A DNA stretch of 64,000 bases from Candidatus Cloacimonadales bacterium (lineage in GTDB: Bacteria; Cloacimonadota; Cloacimonadia; Cloacimonadales; JAFGVF01), in contig OY759729.1 in assembly GCA_963662585.1 (NCBI GenBank), positions 1,408,001-1,472,000 of the forward strand, given 5' to 3'. Under the pieces are notes generated by a model, which was given only the letters and a program-made list of their open reading frames with translations, was not told the DNA's origin and ran no database searches. Below, piece after piece: positions 10,591-19,402 of the stretch; position 1 is the first letter of the stretch, and the number at the start of each line of letters is the position of its first letter. The position numbers and the translations under genes are program-made.

Positions 10591-12990
10591 CTATTTCATT
10601 AATAACATTTTCTTTGTTTGAATACTCTTATCTGTCTTTATTTTGGTAAAATAGATGCCTGAGGCTACATTCTTTCCTCTTTCATCTTTACCATTCCAGA
10701 CAAGACTGTGAGGTCCTGCTGGTGTTTCCTCATCAATGAGTATTTTCACCAACTGTCCTTTAATGTTGTAGATTGACAAGTTCACTTTTCCACTTTGAGG
10801 ATTATTGAAAGAAATTGTAGTTTCAGGATTGAAAGGATTAGGATAGTTGCATAATGTTAAAGTTTGGCTGATAGGTAAGATATAGTCTTCATTACCAGTA
10901 TATCCTGGAGATTCAAAGCAACCAATATCTATACCTGAGCCATATATTCTATCATTACCAAAAAGGTCATAAGTAGGTGTTTGGTATAGGAGGTTAGCAT
11001 ATTGGCTATCTAAAAGTCCTGCATCAATGGCAGGAGAATAACCATTCTCATTATCAGCAAATAAACGATAATACTCTTCTGTAGCCGGGTCTTCTCCAGC
11101 AAAAAGAGGGTCCTGTCCAAATATATTGTTGCTATTTACAAGCATGTTTTGAGACTCATGGTAATAAAATATGTTACCAGTCTCCTCTTTGGAGAATAAG
11201 TTGTTCTCAAGATATAAATCTTGTCCATAAGCAATCTCCTTTAGGTTCCCATTTGAAAAAATATTATTCCTGATATTAGTACTTGTATAACCAGAAGTTC
11301 CAAGAGCTGCATAGGAATTAAATTCATTGTTAGCTATGGTGCAATTTACTACATCTACATTGCTTCCATTAAGCTGTAAAAGTTGAACTTCATTAGTGCA
11401 AATATTATTAGCAACTAAATTATTACTAAAGATAACATCGGTTGCTTGTTCTCCCCATCCATAACCTTGGAATACCCTTGCTAAAGAAAAACCTAATACT
11501 GATTCACATACATTGTTAATGAATTTGCTATTTTTAATTACTGTGGTCCCTCGATTATCAATATCTAAAGCTCCATTCCCTTGGTAAATCCAATCGCTGT
11601 TGAAATCATTAGAGCAATCTTGAATTATTAAGTTATCTATTAAAATATCATTACCCCACAACCTTAATCCATAATCTGCATAAAGAGCATGAACATTTTT
11701 AACAGTTACATTAATTATATCCATTGAGCTATTGGGTCCTCCCGCTAAAAAATTAATCATTTCAACTTGACTATCTTCTATAACAATATTCTCAATAGTG
11801 CAATTATATAACCTCCAGGCATATATACTAAATCCAATATTTATTGTAATGGAAAAATCTTTTACAACTGAACTTTCACTTGTATTAACAAAAGTGACTA
11901 CCCCTGACCCTCCTATCATATTTTCACCATAAATTTTTGTTTCAGCTGGAGAAAGTCCTTTTAAGCTAGTATAATCCTTAACACAAATAGACATATACTC
12001 AGCATTTATAATATTATGGTGAGTCCCTGCTAAAAGATGAACAGTATTACGATTACTAGGATTTGACAGTATGCGTTGCATTGCCACAGAAGGAGTTTTT
12101 AAGGCAGTAGTAGAAGATAAACCACTATTGCTATCATCCCCCTCTGGTGAAACATATAAATCTGCATCAATCTCTTCTAAATAAGCCTCTTCAACATCAA
12201 ATACCGCATAAGGATTAGCTTCAGGATTATCATCTTCATCAAACTCATACCAGTCAGCAAAATATTTATCATAAGAGGATTTAGTAAATTTCTTTAAATA
12301 TATCTCTCCAGTGTAACCAATAGTACGATACCAATGAATGTCCATACCCCAATTAGCAAAATTATTATAAATACTGCATCTGTTAGTTTGAGAAAAAGTA
12401 ATAAGATATTCTTGATTGAGCTTACCACCTATAGCTAACCCACCGCCCTTATTTCTTGCTATATTATTATGAATATTAACATTTTCCAGATATACTTCAG
12501 AAGAGTAAATTATTCCAACTCCACCACCAAAAGCTGCTCGATTATTGTAGACTTCTAAATTTAGAAGGTCTAAAGAGCAATTTTGATATATTATTATACC
12601 ACCGCCACCAACATTATGAGGTTGACCATCATAATCATGTCCACTTCCACCAGTAACAGACAAACCTTGGATAGTACAATCTGTTGTATTCTCCCAACAA
12701 AGAATGGTAGAGTCACTATTATTAGATCCATCGATAATAGTTTCAGAGATATAATCTTCATTACCTGTAGTGTACTCTAATGAAGCAAGAGTAAGACCAC
12801 TCCGATTGGACAAGTCTATATTTTCATAATAGTGCCCTGGATAGACGAGTATAACATCTCCATATACTGCTTGGTCTATTGCTTCTTGTATTACGGTATA
12901 AGGTTTTGTCCCATCAAGAGAGACTTCCAGTGTTTCTGATACTATTAACATTGGCACAAGTAGTAATATGAGTGAAAGTAGTTTTTTCAT
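10591..12990 (-). CDS. Secreted right-handed beta-helix (DUF1565/pectate-lyase-like) protein with CTD
   Basis: Start MKKLLSLIL at 12990; YTVIQEAID..GDVILVYPGHYYENI, LYVSPEGDDSNSG, GGG repeats, SPAIDAG...IDIGCFE; CTD. Confidence 0.78.
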   Translation of the reverse strand: MKKLLSLILLLVPMLIVSETLEVSLDGTKPYTVIQEAIDQAVYGDVILVYPGHYYENIDLSNRSGLTLASLEYTTGNEDYISETIIDGSNNSDSTILCWENTTDCTIQGLSVTGGSGHDYDGQPHNVGGGGIIIYQNCSLDLLNLEVYNNRAAFGGGVGIIYSSEVYLENVNIHNNIARNKGGGLAIGGKLNQEYLITFSQTNRCSIYNNFANWGMDIHWYRTIGYTGEIYLKKFTKSSYDKYFADWYEFDEDDNPEANPYAVFDVEEAYLEEIDADLYVSPEGDDSNSGLSSTTALKTPSVAMQRILSNPSNRNTVHLLAGTHHNIINAEYMSICVKDYTSLKGLSPAETKIYGENMIGGSGVVTFVNTSESSVVKDFSITINIGFSIYAWRLYNCTIENIVIEDSQVEMINFLAGGPNSSMDIINVTVKNVHALYADYGLRLWGNDILIDNLIIQDCSNDFNSDWIYQGNGALDIDNRGTTVIKNSKFINNVCESVLGFSLARVFQGYGWGEQATDVIFSNNLVANNICTNEVQLLQLNGSNVDVVNCTIANNEFNSYAALGTSGYTSTNIRNNIFSNGNLKEIAYGQDLYLENNLFSKEETGNIFYYHESQNMLVNSNNIFGQDPLFAGEDPATEEYYRLFADNENGYSPAIDAGLLDSQYANLLYQTPTYDLFGNDRIYGSGIDIGCFESPGYTGNEDYILPISQTLTLCNYPNPFNPETTISFNNPQSGKVNLSIYNIKGQLVKILIDEETPAGPHSLVWNGKDERGKNVASGIYFTKIKTDKSIQTKKMLLMK

Positions 12991-13021
12991 GGTTCTCCTA
13001 AATATATTTAAACAAAAGTAT

Positions 13022-13049
13022 GTCAGAAGTGCCACTTGACACTTCTGAC
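13022..13049. other. Intergenic hairpin (10-bp stem) between cargo genes
   Basis: gtcagaagtg / cacttctgac. Confidence 0.6.
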
Positions 13050-13058
13050 TTATTTACT

Positions 13059-15281
13059 CTATTTCATTAATAACATTTTCTTTACAACTTCCTCTTCCCC
13101 ATTCTTTACTCGATACAGATATGTTCCGGAACTTACTTTCTTACCAAAATCATTGTCTCCATACCAGACGACATTATGCATTCCAGCCTCCTGCTTCTCT
13201 GAAAGCAAACTCTTTACTTTCTGTCCTTTGAGATTATAGATATCCACCGTAACATTTCCTTTTTTAGTAATATCGTAAGAAATCGTTGTTTCAGGGTTGA
13301 AAGGATTAGGATAGTTAAAGCTGTTAATCTCATTAGACGGCACAATTTCATAGCTATCATTTTCGGTATAATAGATGATATCATAGCAGATTAAAAGACT
13401 TTGACGAGAAAGATATAGTTTATTGTTATGAACATCAAAATCTGTAAACTGGCTCGGAGTGCATAAATTTGCAGTGTAGGATGCAACTTGGCTATAATTA
13501 CCCAATCCATCCAACTGATACATTTTTATCTGAGTTTGTCCTCTGTTACTTACGCTATAGAGGTAATCACCAACAACTTCAATATCATTACTATATATAA
13601 CATCGGAAGTTATCGTATTCAGTAAAGTCCAATTCTCAATATCAGCAATATCATAGATAAATATATCTGGTAAATAAGCATGATTTACTGCATAATAATT
13701 GATAAATGAGGCATATAAAATACTATCTTTCACTTGAAACTTGGCATAATTTGCCGTGTGTTGAGTCCCCTGCAGAGTGTTACATGAGAAGGAAGAGAGA
13801 TAATCCGGCTCTATTGGATTACTTAAATCATAAATTGAGACGCGTAAATATTCATTTACCAATAATAGATAATGATCAATAACATAAGAACTTATCGGAG
13901 CATAAATTATTTCATTAACATTAACTGAACTTAATATTTCAGGACTTTCCGGCTGTGAAATATCTGTAATTTGCATTTGCAGACTTTCTCCGTCTATATT
14001 GTAGAAGTAATCATCATAAGTAGCTATTTTACCTATCGAGCCCAAATCTATTGAGGAAGAGAACTCTGGATTTGCTACTCCATTTTCAGTATTTAAGATT
14101 GTCAAGTTCTCATCAGTAGCCAATAGTAACTTATTCTCAGTAGCTAAGTATTTTTTAAACCTAGTATTCCAGTCTCTATTATCGCCTTCAGGAAAAAATT
14201 GCATATTTTCTTGACCACTCAAATCATACATCTTTAATTTGGGGTAAGCCACATCCAAAAGAGTATTACCAACAATATCAATTCCTACACTGTTATAATA
14301 GGAATTCATGTCATATATTATTTGTGCATTTTCATTATCACTCATATCAACAATTACTAAACCATACTCTCCATTCGGTTTAATATAGTAGTCTCCAATG
14401 ATGGTTGGTTTTGATCGATAGTAATATTGGTTACTATTGCACCAATTTTGGTATTGAACAATATTATTTACATCACTGATATCCCAATAATAGCCATCAG
14501 CACTGATTAGAGTGGAAGAATTTCCAATAGTTGATATATTGTACTCATCATTATCTAGAGGAGGTAATGGTCCAATGGTCTGCAATAATTCTAATTCGTT
14601 TGAATAAGCAAATACATAAAGATAATCTTTTTCTCTCACAAAGATTCTCTCATTTTGAATAGCCATAACTGGAAATGCACCTGTATCATTTATCTCGTAT
14701 GAATCAATTAAGTCTACTTCAGTTGGTAAGCTCATTGAATAATCTTCTAATACAAAACTATTAGATTCCGAATAGAATCTTAGAGCAAAAAGCCTATTTC
14801 CGACTACTTCGGTTTTTAAAGCAGAAGATAGTATTTGAGTTGGAGGTGTAGCGAAATTCAGAGTATCATAAACATACACATTATTTCCATCTGCTCTTAT
14901 CAATAGATGGGTATCAACTACTATACAATCGTAAATCGTATCAAAATCTAAAGCTGAAATTTCTAACGGATTTTCACTATTTGTTATATCATATAACATA
15001 ATATCGTGATAATCTGTATTGTAGTGAATAAGATAATTACCTGAAGAATATACCCTATTATACAAGTATGAATAGTCATGATTGATGACATTAACTAACT
15101 CTAATGTTTCATTACTGTAATTATAAATTGATATTCCATTTAAACTAGCTACATAGAGAGTAGAATCCTTACTGGCAACAGAAAGTGCATCTTCAGACAC
15201 CGACAAAATAGAATTATATTCAAAAGTCCAAACTAAACTTATTAAAAAAGCAAAGGCTAATATTAAAACTATTTTTTTCAT
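13059..15281 (-). CDS. Secreted LVIVD-like repeat protein with CTD, paralog C
   Basis: Same family as A and B; CTD nearly identical to that of A; patches of divergence in the N-terminal half. Confidence 0.8.
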   Translation of the reverse strand: MKKIVLILAFAFLISLVWTFEYNSILSVSEDALSVASKDSTLYVASLNGISIYNYSNETLELVNVINHDYSYLYNRVYSSGNYLIHYNTDYHDIMLYDITNSENPLEISALDFDTIYDCIVVDTHLLIRADGNNVYVYDTLNFATPPTQILSSALKTEVVGNRLFALRFYSESNSFVLEDYSMSLPTEVDLIDSYEINDTGAFPVMAIQNERIFVREKDYLYVFAYSNELELLQTIGPLPPLDNDEYNISTIGNSSTLISADGYYWDISDVNNIVQYQNWCNSNQYYYRSKPTIIGDYYIKPNGEYGLVIVDMSDNENAQIIYDMNSYYNSVGIDIVGNTLLDVAYPKLKMYDLSGQENMQFFPEGDNRDWNTRFKKYLATENKLLLATDENLTILNTENGVANPEFSSSIDLGSIGKIATYDDYFYNIDGESLQMQITDISQPESPEILSSVNVNEIIYAPISSYVIDHYLLLVNEYLRVSIYDLSNPIEPDYLSSFSCNTLQGTQHTANYAKFQVKDSILYASFINYYAVNHAYLPDIFIYDIADIENWTLLNTITSDVIYSNDIEVVGDYLYSVSNRGQTQIKMYQLDGLGNYSQVASYTANLCTPSQFTDFDVHNNKLYLSRQSLLICYDIIYYTENDSYEIVPSNEINSFNYPNPFNPETTISYDITKKGNVTVDIYNLKGQKVKSLLSEKQEAGMHNVVWYGDNDFGKKVSSGTYLYRVKNGEEEVVKKMLLMK

Positions 15282-15399
15282 AATTTCTCCTAAAGTTTTT
15301 ACTCTTTTTCATCTTTTATACTTCTATTTATTTTTGTCAACTATTTACCTAGATATTTTAAATATTCATTGTCACGATTTATACATTATACTTCTTATC

Positions 15400-15472
15400 A
15401 AGGAAAGAGATAATGGTTTTCCACATTATCTCGATCGCTGAAGGGAGAAGTCATCATAACTTAAGTTCTCAC
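15400..15472 (-). ncRNA. Candidate small RNA, copy C
   Basis: GAUGACUUCUCCCUU seed; hairpin gagataatg/cattatctc (15407-15432) followed by UUU. Confidence 0.55.
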
Positions 15473-15477
15473 TAATA

Positions 15478-15506
15478 TAGACGAAAAAAAGGGAATATTT
15501 CTGACA
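15478..15506 (-). promoter_or_regulatory. ECF-type promoter, copy C (TGTCAGA-N16-CGTCTA), divergent from the ECF sigma gene
   Basis: Same motif as copy B, about 240 bp upstream of the sigma start codon. Confidence 0.6.
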
Positions 15507-15746
15507 AGTTACTCCTATATTATTGTTGTTTAAAACCTTACAAGAGCTCAGTATATTTAATTAGATTTTACTGTTTTGTTTAGCATTAACTTATTATGTA
15601 GAGGTTCACTAAAACATATTATGTTTTGATAAAAACTCTTGACTACTAGCTTAATCAAACAAATTTAGAATAAAGAAAGATATTTTCAGAAAAGTTTACT
15701 TTATTTTATTATATTATATATCAGTAAGTTATAAGGGAGCAGTCTA

Positions 15747-16697
15747 ATGGAATCAAATGTTGATTTTACCAAGGTCTTGAATTCAACTAAAGCGCTAGCC
15801 TTAAGATATGTGAAGAACATTGATATAGCTGAGGAAATAGCACAGATGGTAGCAATTCAATACCATTTGAATATTGATAAGGTTAATTATGAAAGTAGCC
15901 ATAATTGGATTTATACAGTTACTAAGAATCTTTGTATGGACCATTTTCGAAAAATAGCAAAGGAAAGGAAGTTAAATAAAGACTATGAATTTTATAAGCA
16001 ACTTTGTACTTTGGAGGAAGATTCGGTAGAGATAATCAATACTGATATTGATTCTTATGATTTTATAAAAAAAGATGATAAAATACTGTTAAAGAAGTAC
16101 TATGAGCATAAAGATTATATCAAACTAGCCCAAAGTTCTAAAAGGAAAGTCAAATACTTAAAAGATAAGATATATCGCTTAGAGCAAGAGATAAAACTAT
16201 ATCATATATTTAGTAGTCAAATAGTTCATTTTACTCCTGTACCTGGGACCAAGTTTACGACAAATCTTTATAATTTTATTAAACGCTTAAAGGAAGCATT
16301 AACTAAGAATGACTTTTCCTCTTTAAGTAGATATTTAGAAAATTGCCAAATTAACCCAGAAGTAAATAAACTAGAGCTTAAGCAATTTTTAACAAGCAAA
16401 ATTGCTAAATTATCAAACAAGAGCTACCAACTAACAATTTGCTATAGTGATGGGGGCAAAGTACCAAAATTTGTGCTTTTAATTTTTACTATTACTCAGG
16501 AAAATAATATTAAGATATTAGAATTCCCAATATTCCCAACAAGTGTACTAAAAGTGCATGATAAATATCTTGACCCAGTAAAAAAGAGTAAGACACTTAT
16601 TGATTCCAAGGGAAATTATAATAAAATGTATGGTTCTTATGATGAAATGAAAGAAAATGATATTGGAGTTGAGATACAGAAGAAAGAAGATTTTTAA
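15747..16697 (+). CDS. ECF-type sigma-70 factor with an approximately 160-aa C-terminal extension (possibly SnoaL/NTF2-like)
   Basis: Region 2: ALRYVKNIDIAEEIAQ...NWIYTVTKNLCMDHFRK; degenerate region 4 HTH around aa 107-150; extension begins FIKRLKEALTKNDFSSLSRYL. Confidence 0.72.
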   Translation: MESNVDFTKVLNSTKALALRYVKNIDIAEEIAQMVAIQYHLNIDKVNYESSHNWIYTVTKNLCMDHFRKIAKERKLNKDYEFYKQLCTLEEDSVEIINTDIDSYDFIKKDDKILLKKYYEHKDYIKLAQSSKRKVKYLKDKIYRLEQEIKLYHIFSSQIVHFTPVPGTKFTTNLYNFIKRLKEALTKNDFSSLSRYLENCQINPEVNKLELKQFLTSKIAKLSNKSYQLTICYSDGGKVPKFVLLIFTITQENNIKILEFPIFPTSVLKVHDKYLDPVKKSKTLIDSKGNYNKMYGSYDEMKENDIGVEIQKKEDF

Positions 16698-16710
16698 GGG
16701 GCTTTAATCA

Positions 16711-17165
16711 TCATTACTATCGTAATGAGGCAAACATCTCTTAATTCTTTATGTCTCCCCTCTAGGGCTTATCTTTTTGATGGTACATGACCAGTGTTTT
16801 GCGAACACTGTCTATTATATGTCATCCATCTGGGATTTAAGATTATCATTAGTATAGTAATGAGGCGGACAGAATGTCCACCGTCCGACAGAAGAGGACT
16901 TATCATATTTTTTACTTTTTTAGTATATGTCGCCCTACCAGGGCTATCTTTTTATCGTAACCTCTAGGAGTGTCTTGCGAACACTCCCTATTATATGTCA
17001 TCCCTCTGGGATTTAAGATTATCATTACTATCGTAATGAGGCGGACAAGAGGCTTAGCTAAGGCTACGCCCACACAGACAAATGTCCATCTCCTTTCGCT
17101 AACACATTCTACATAGCTTCAGCGAAGTAGAAAGCTTCAGAAGACAAACCGTCAGACAGAAGAGT
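16711..17165. repeat. Composite palindromic (REP-like) repeat cluster, about 2.3 tandem units
   Basis: tcatta(c/g)tat(c/a)gtaatga palindrome at 16711, 16846 and 17022; agtgt(c/t)ttgcgaacact at 16793 and 16969; 16750-16897 is duplicated at 16926-17165. Confidence 0.8.
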
Positions 17166-17246
17166 GTTTCTAACATACGATTAAACATTTAAACAAATCT
17201 ACGATTCAACCAGAAAGTAATTCGTGAAAATTCGTCTTAATTAGTG

Positions 17247-19151
17247 TTAATTAGTGTGAGAGGTCTTAATTTCTTTCTCTTCCAGCTCTTCCAGTCTTTC
17301 TAACAAAAAGAGCATTTCATCATCTAATTGAGTCTGTTCTTCAGAAATAGCTGTAAAGTCTTTATGAGTTAATTCATCTGCCTTATTTTCAATCATATTG
17401 CTTAATTCAAGAGATCTAAATTCAATTTCAGCCAGTCTTTTATTAGTCTCTTCCAGTTCTTTTTTCTCTTTGAAGCTTAGACCTTTTTTAATAGTTTTAA
17501 CTTTAGCTGTTTTCTCTTTATCATTCTCTGCTTCCTCTTCTTCCCTAAACCTCTTCACCAAGAGATAATCGGAGTAATTACCAGCGAATTTATTAATTTT
17601 ATCGTTTTCAAAGATAAAGAGATAATCACAGATTCTGTCTAAAAAGAATCTATCATGAGAAACAACTAAGATACAGCCATCGAAGGCATCAAGATAGTCT
17701 TCTAAAATCTCTAAAGTTTTAATATCTAAGTCATTAGTAGGTTCATCAAGAATAATAAAGTTTGCTCCAAACATGAGTGATTTGAGTAAGTGAAGCCTCT
17801 TTTTCTCACCACCGGAAAGAGAAGATATTTTAGCTTGTTGCATCTTTGGTTCAAAGAGAAATCTTTCTAACATTTCAGTAGCAGAGTGCAATACACCATC
17901 TTTGGTCCTAATATTTTCCGCATAAGTAGATATATATTGATAAACAGAGTAATCTTGGGGCATTTCATCAGCATCTTGTTTGAAGTAAGCAAATTTAGTA
18001 TTGATACCGGTGTTTACACTTCCTTTAGTAGGAATAAGTTCTTTTGTAATAATTTTAATGAGAGTAGTTTTACCACAGCCATTATCGCCAATAATCCCCA
18101 CCCTTTCCAGTTTCTGAAAGACATGATTGAAGTTATTAATTAAGGGTTTCTTATCATATTGGTGAGTTATTCCACCTAATTCAACAATCTTCTTGCCCAA
18201 TCTGAAAGTTTGGAAAGAGATATCCATATCCTGTTGTTCGATTAAATATGATTTATCAAGAAGTTCTTTTACTCGATCAATGTGATTTTTAGGCTTAGTA
18301 GATCTTGCCTTCGCTCCTCTCTGAAGCCATTTTAATTCTTTTGAGAGCTGAGCTTGACGACGGGTTTCTTTCCTCTGTCTATCAACATTTTCCATCTCTT
18401 TCTTTTCAATATAATAGGAGTAGTTTCCTTCATAGAAGTTGATCTGTCCATGCTCAATTTCCATTATCTTATTACAGATACTATCTAAAAAGTAACGATC
18501 ATGAGTTACGAAGATAATATTTCCTTGATAATCAGTAAGATGTTGTTGAAGCCATTCAATTGAGTCTATATCAAGATGGTTAGTAGGCTCATCTAAGATA
18601 AGTAAATCAGCTTCTTTTAGGAGAATGTTAGCTAAATCAACTTTTCTTCTCTGTCCACCGGAGAGTACGCCAATCTTTTGATGAAAGTCAGTAATACCCA
18701 ACTTGGTTAAATAGCTTTTAGCTTTTGCTTCGATAGACCAACCGTTAAGAGTTTCAATTCTTTCAGCTAATTGAGCTTGTCTTTCCCACAAGTCTTGGCT
18801 TTGGCTTTTAGTAAGCTGTTCACTAATTTTAAAGTACTCTTTTAGCAGAACAAACTCTTCTTTATCTGAAGAGTAGATTTGCTCTAAGATAGTTAAGTCG
18901 TCATTTAAATTAGGATTTTGTTGAAGGTAGGCAACCGTAATCTCATTTCTGAAGATAATCTCGCCTGTATCAACCGGTTCAAGTCCGGCAAGAATGCGTA
19001 AGAAAGTAGTTTTACCACAGCCATTAACCCCGATAATACCCATCTTTTCACCTGAGTGAATCCCGAAGTTGGCATCTTTGATAATGTCTTTATCAACAAA
19101 GCGTTTATTTATGTCATTTACTGTAACTAGTATTTCACCAATATTTATCAT
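17247..19151 (-). CDS. ABC-F family ATPase (Uup-like)
   Basis: Two ABC domains (GVNGCGKTT and GDNGCGKTT, LSGG, LDEPTN, HDR), no transmembrane domain, C-terminal coiled coil. Confidence 0.9.
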   Translation of the reverse strand: MINIGEILVTVNDINKRFVDKDIIKDANFGIHSGEKMGIIGVNGCGKTTFLRILAGLEPVDTGEIIFRNEITVAYLQQNPNLNDDLTILEQIYSSDKEEFVLLKEYFKISEQLTKSQSQDLWERQAQLAERIETLNGWSIEAKAKSYLTKLGITDFHQKIGVLSGGQRRKVDLANILLKEADLLILDEPTNHLDIDSIEWLQQHLTDYQGNIIFVTHDRYFLDSICNKIMEIEHGQINFYEGNYSYYIEKKEMENVDRQRKETRRQAQLSKELKWLQRGAKARSTKPKNHIDRVKELLDKSYLIEQQDMDISFQTFRLGKKIVELGGITHQYDKKPLINNFNHVFQKLERVGIIGDNGCGKTTLIKIITKELIPTKGSVNTGINTKFAYFKQDADEMPQDYSVYQYISTYAENIRTKDGVLHSATEMLERFLFEPKMQQAKISSLSGGEKKRLHLLKSLMFGANFIILDEPTNDLDIKTLEILEDYLDAFDGCILVVSHDRFFLDRICDYLFIFENDKINKFAGNYSDYLLVKRFREEEEAENDKEKTAKVKTIKKGLSFKEKKELEETNKRLAEIEFRSLELSNMIENKADELTHKDFTAISEEQTQLDDEMLFLLERLEELEEKEIKTSHTN

Positions 19152-19219
19152 TAATCCTCTTAATTAGTCAGCCTTTAATAACTTGACTGATTATTAGCAA
19201 TTATTATACATTTTCTATT

Positions 19220-19400
19220 AAACCCTTACCGGGTATGTTTTGATGTTGCATTCTTTCCCAGGGTCAATTTCTACGAAATGAGACCCTAGGCTATCCTATT
19301 TTATCCCTTTGGGATATTTTCCTTAATCAGTGAAATCTGTGTAATCAGTGGATAAATTATTCTTCTTATCCGCCTTCATCTGTGTTATCCGTGGCTTAAA
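19220..19400. repeat. REP-like palindromes and degenerate atcwgtg short repeats
   Basis: cccagggtc...gaccctagg, atccctttgggat, atcagtgaaatctgtgtaatcagtgg; resembles sub-elements at 16.7-17.2 kb and 52.1 kb. Confidence 0.5.
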
Positions 19401-19402
19401 TC

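Noticed and set aside
7989..13049. Integron cassette array (hairpins as attC sites)
   Set aside because: Hairpins are short, lack RYYYAAC/GTTRRRY ends, and no integrase is present.
5752..15281. Diversity-generating retroelement behind the paralog variation
   Set aside because: No reverse transcriptase in the window; differences are block-wise rather than confined to adenines in a short VR/TR pair.
16711..17039. Three spaced 18-bp palindromes as a CRISPR array
   Set aside because: Spacing is irregular (135 and 176 bp) and the intervening sequences are themselves duplicated.
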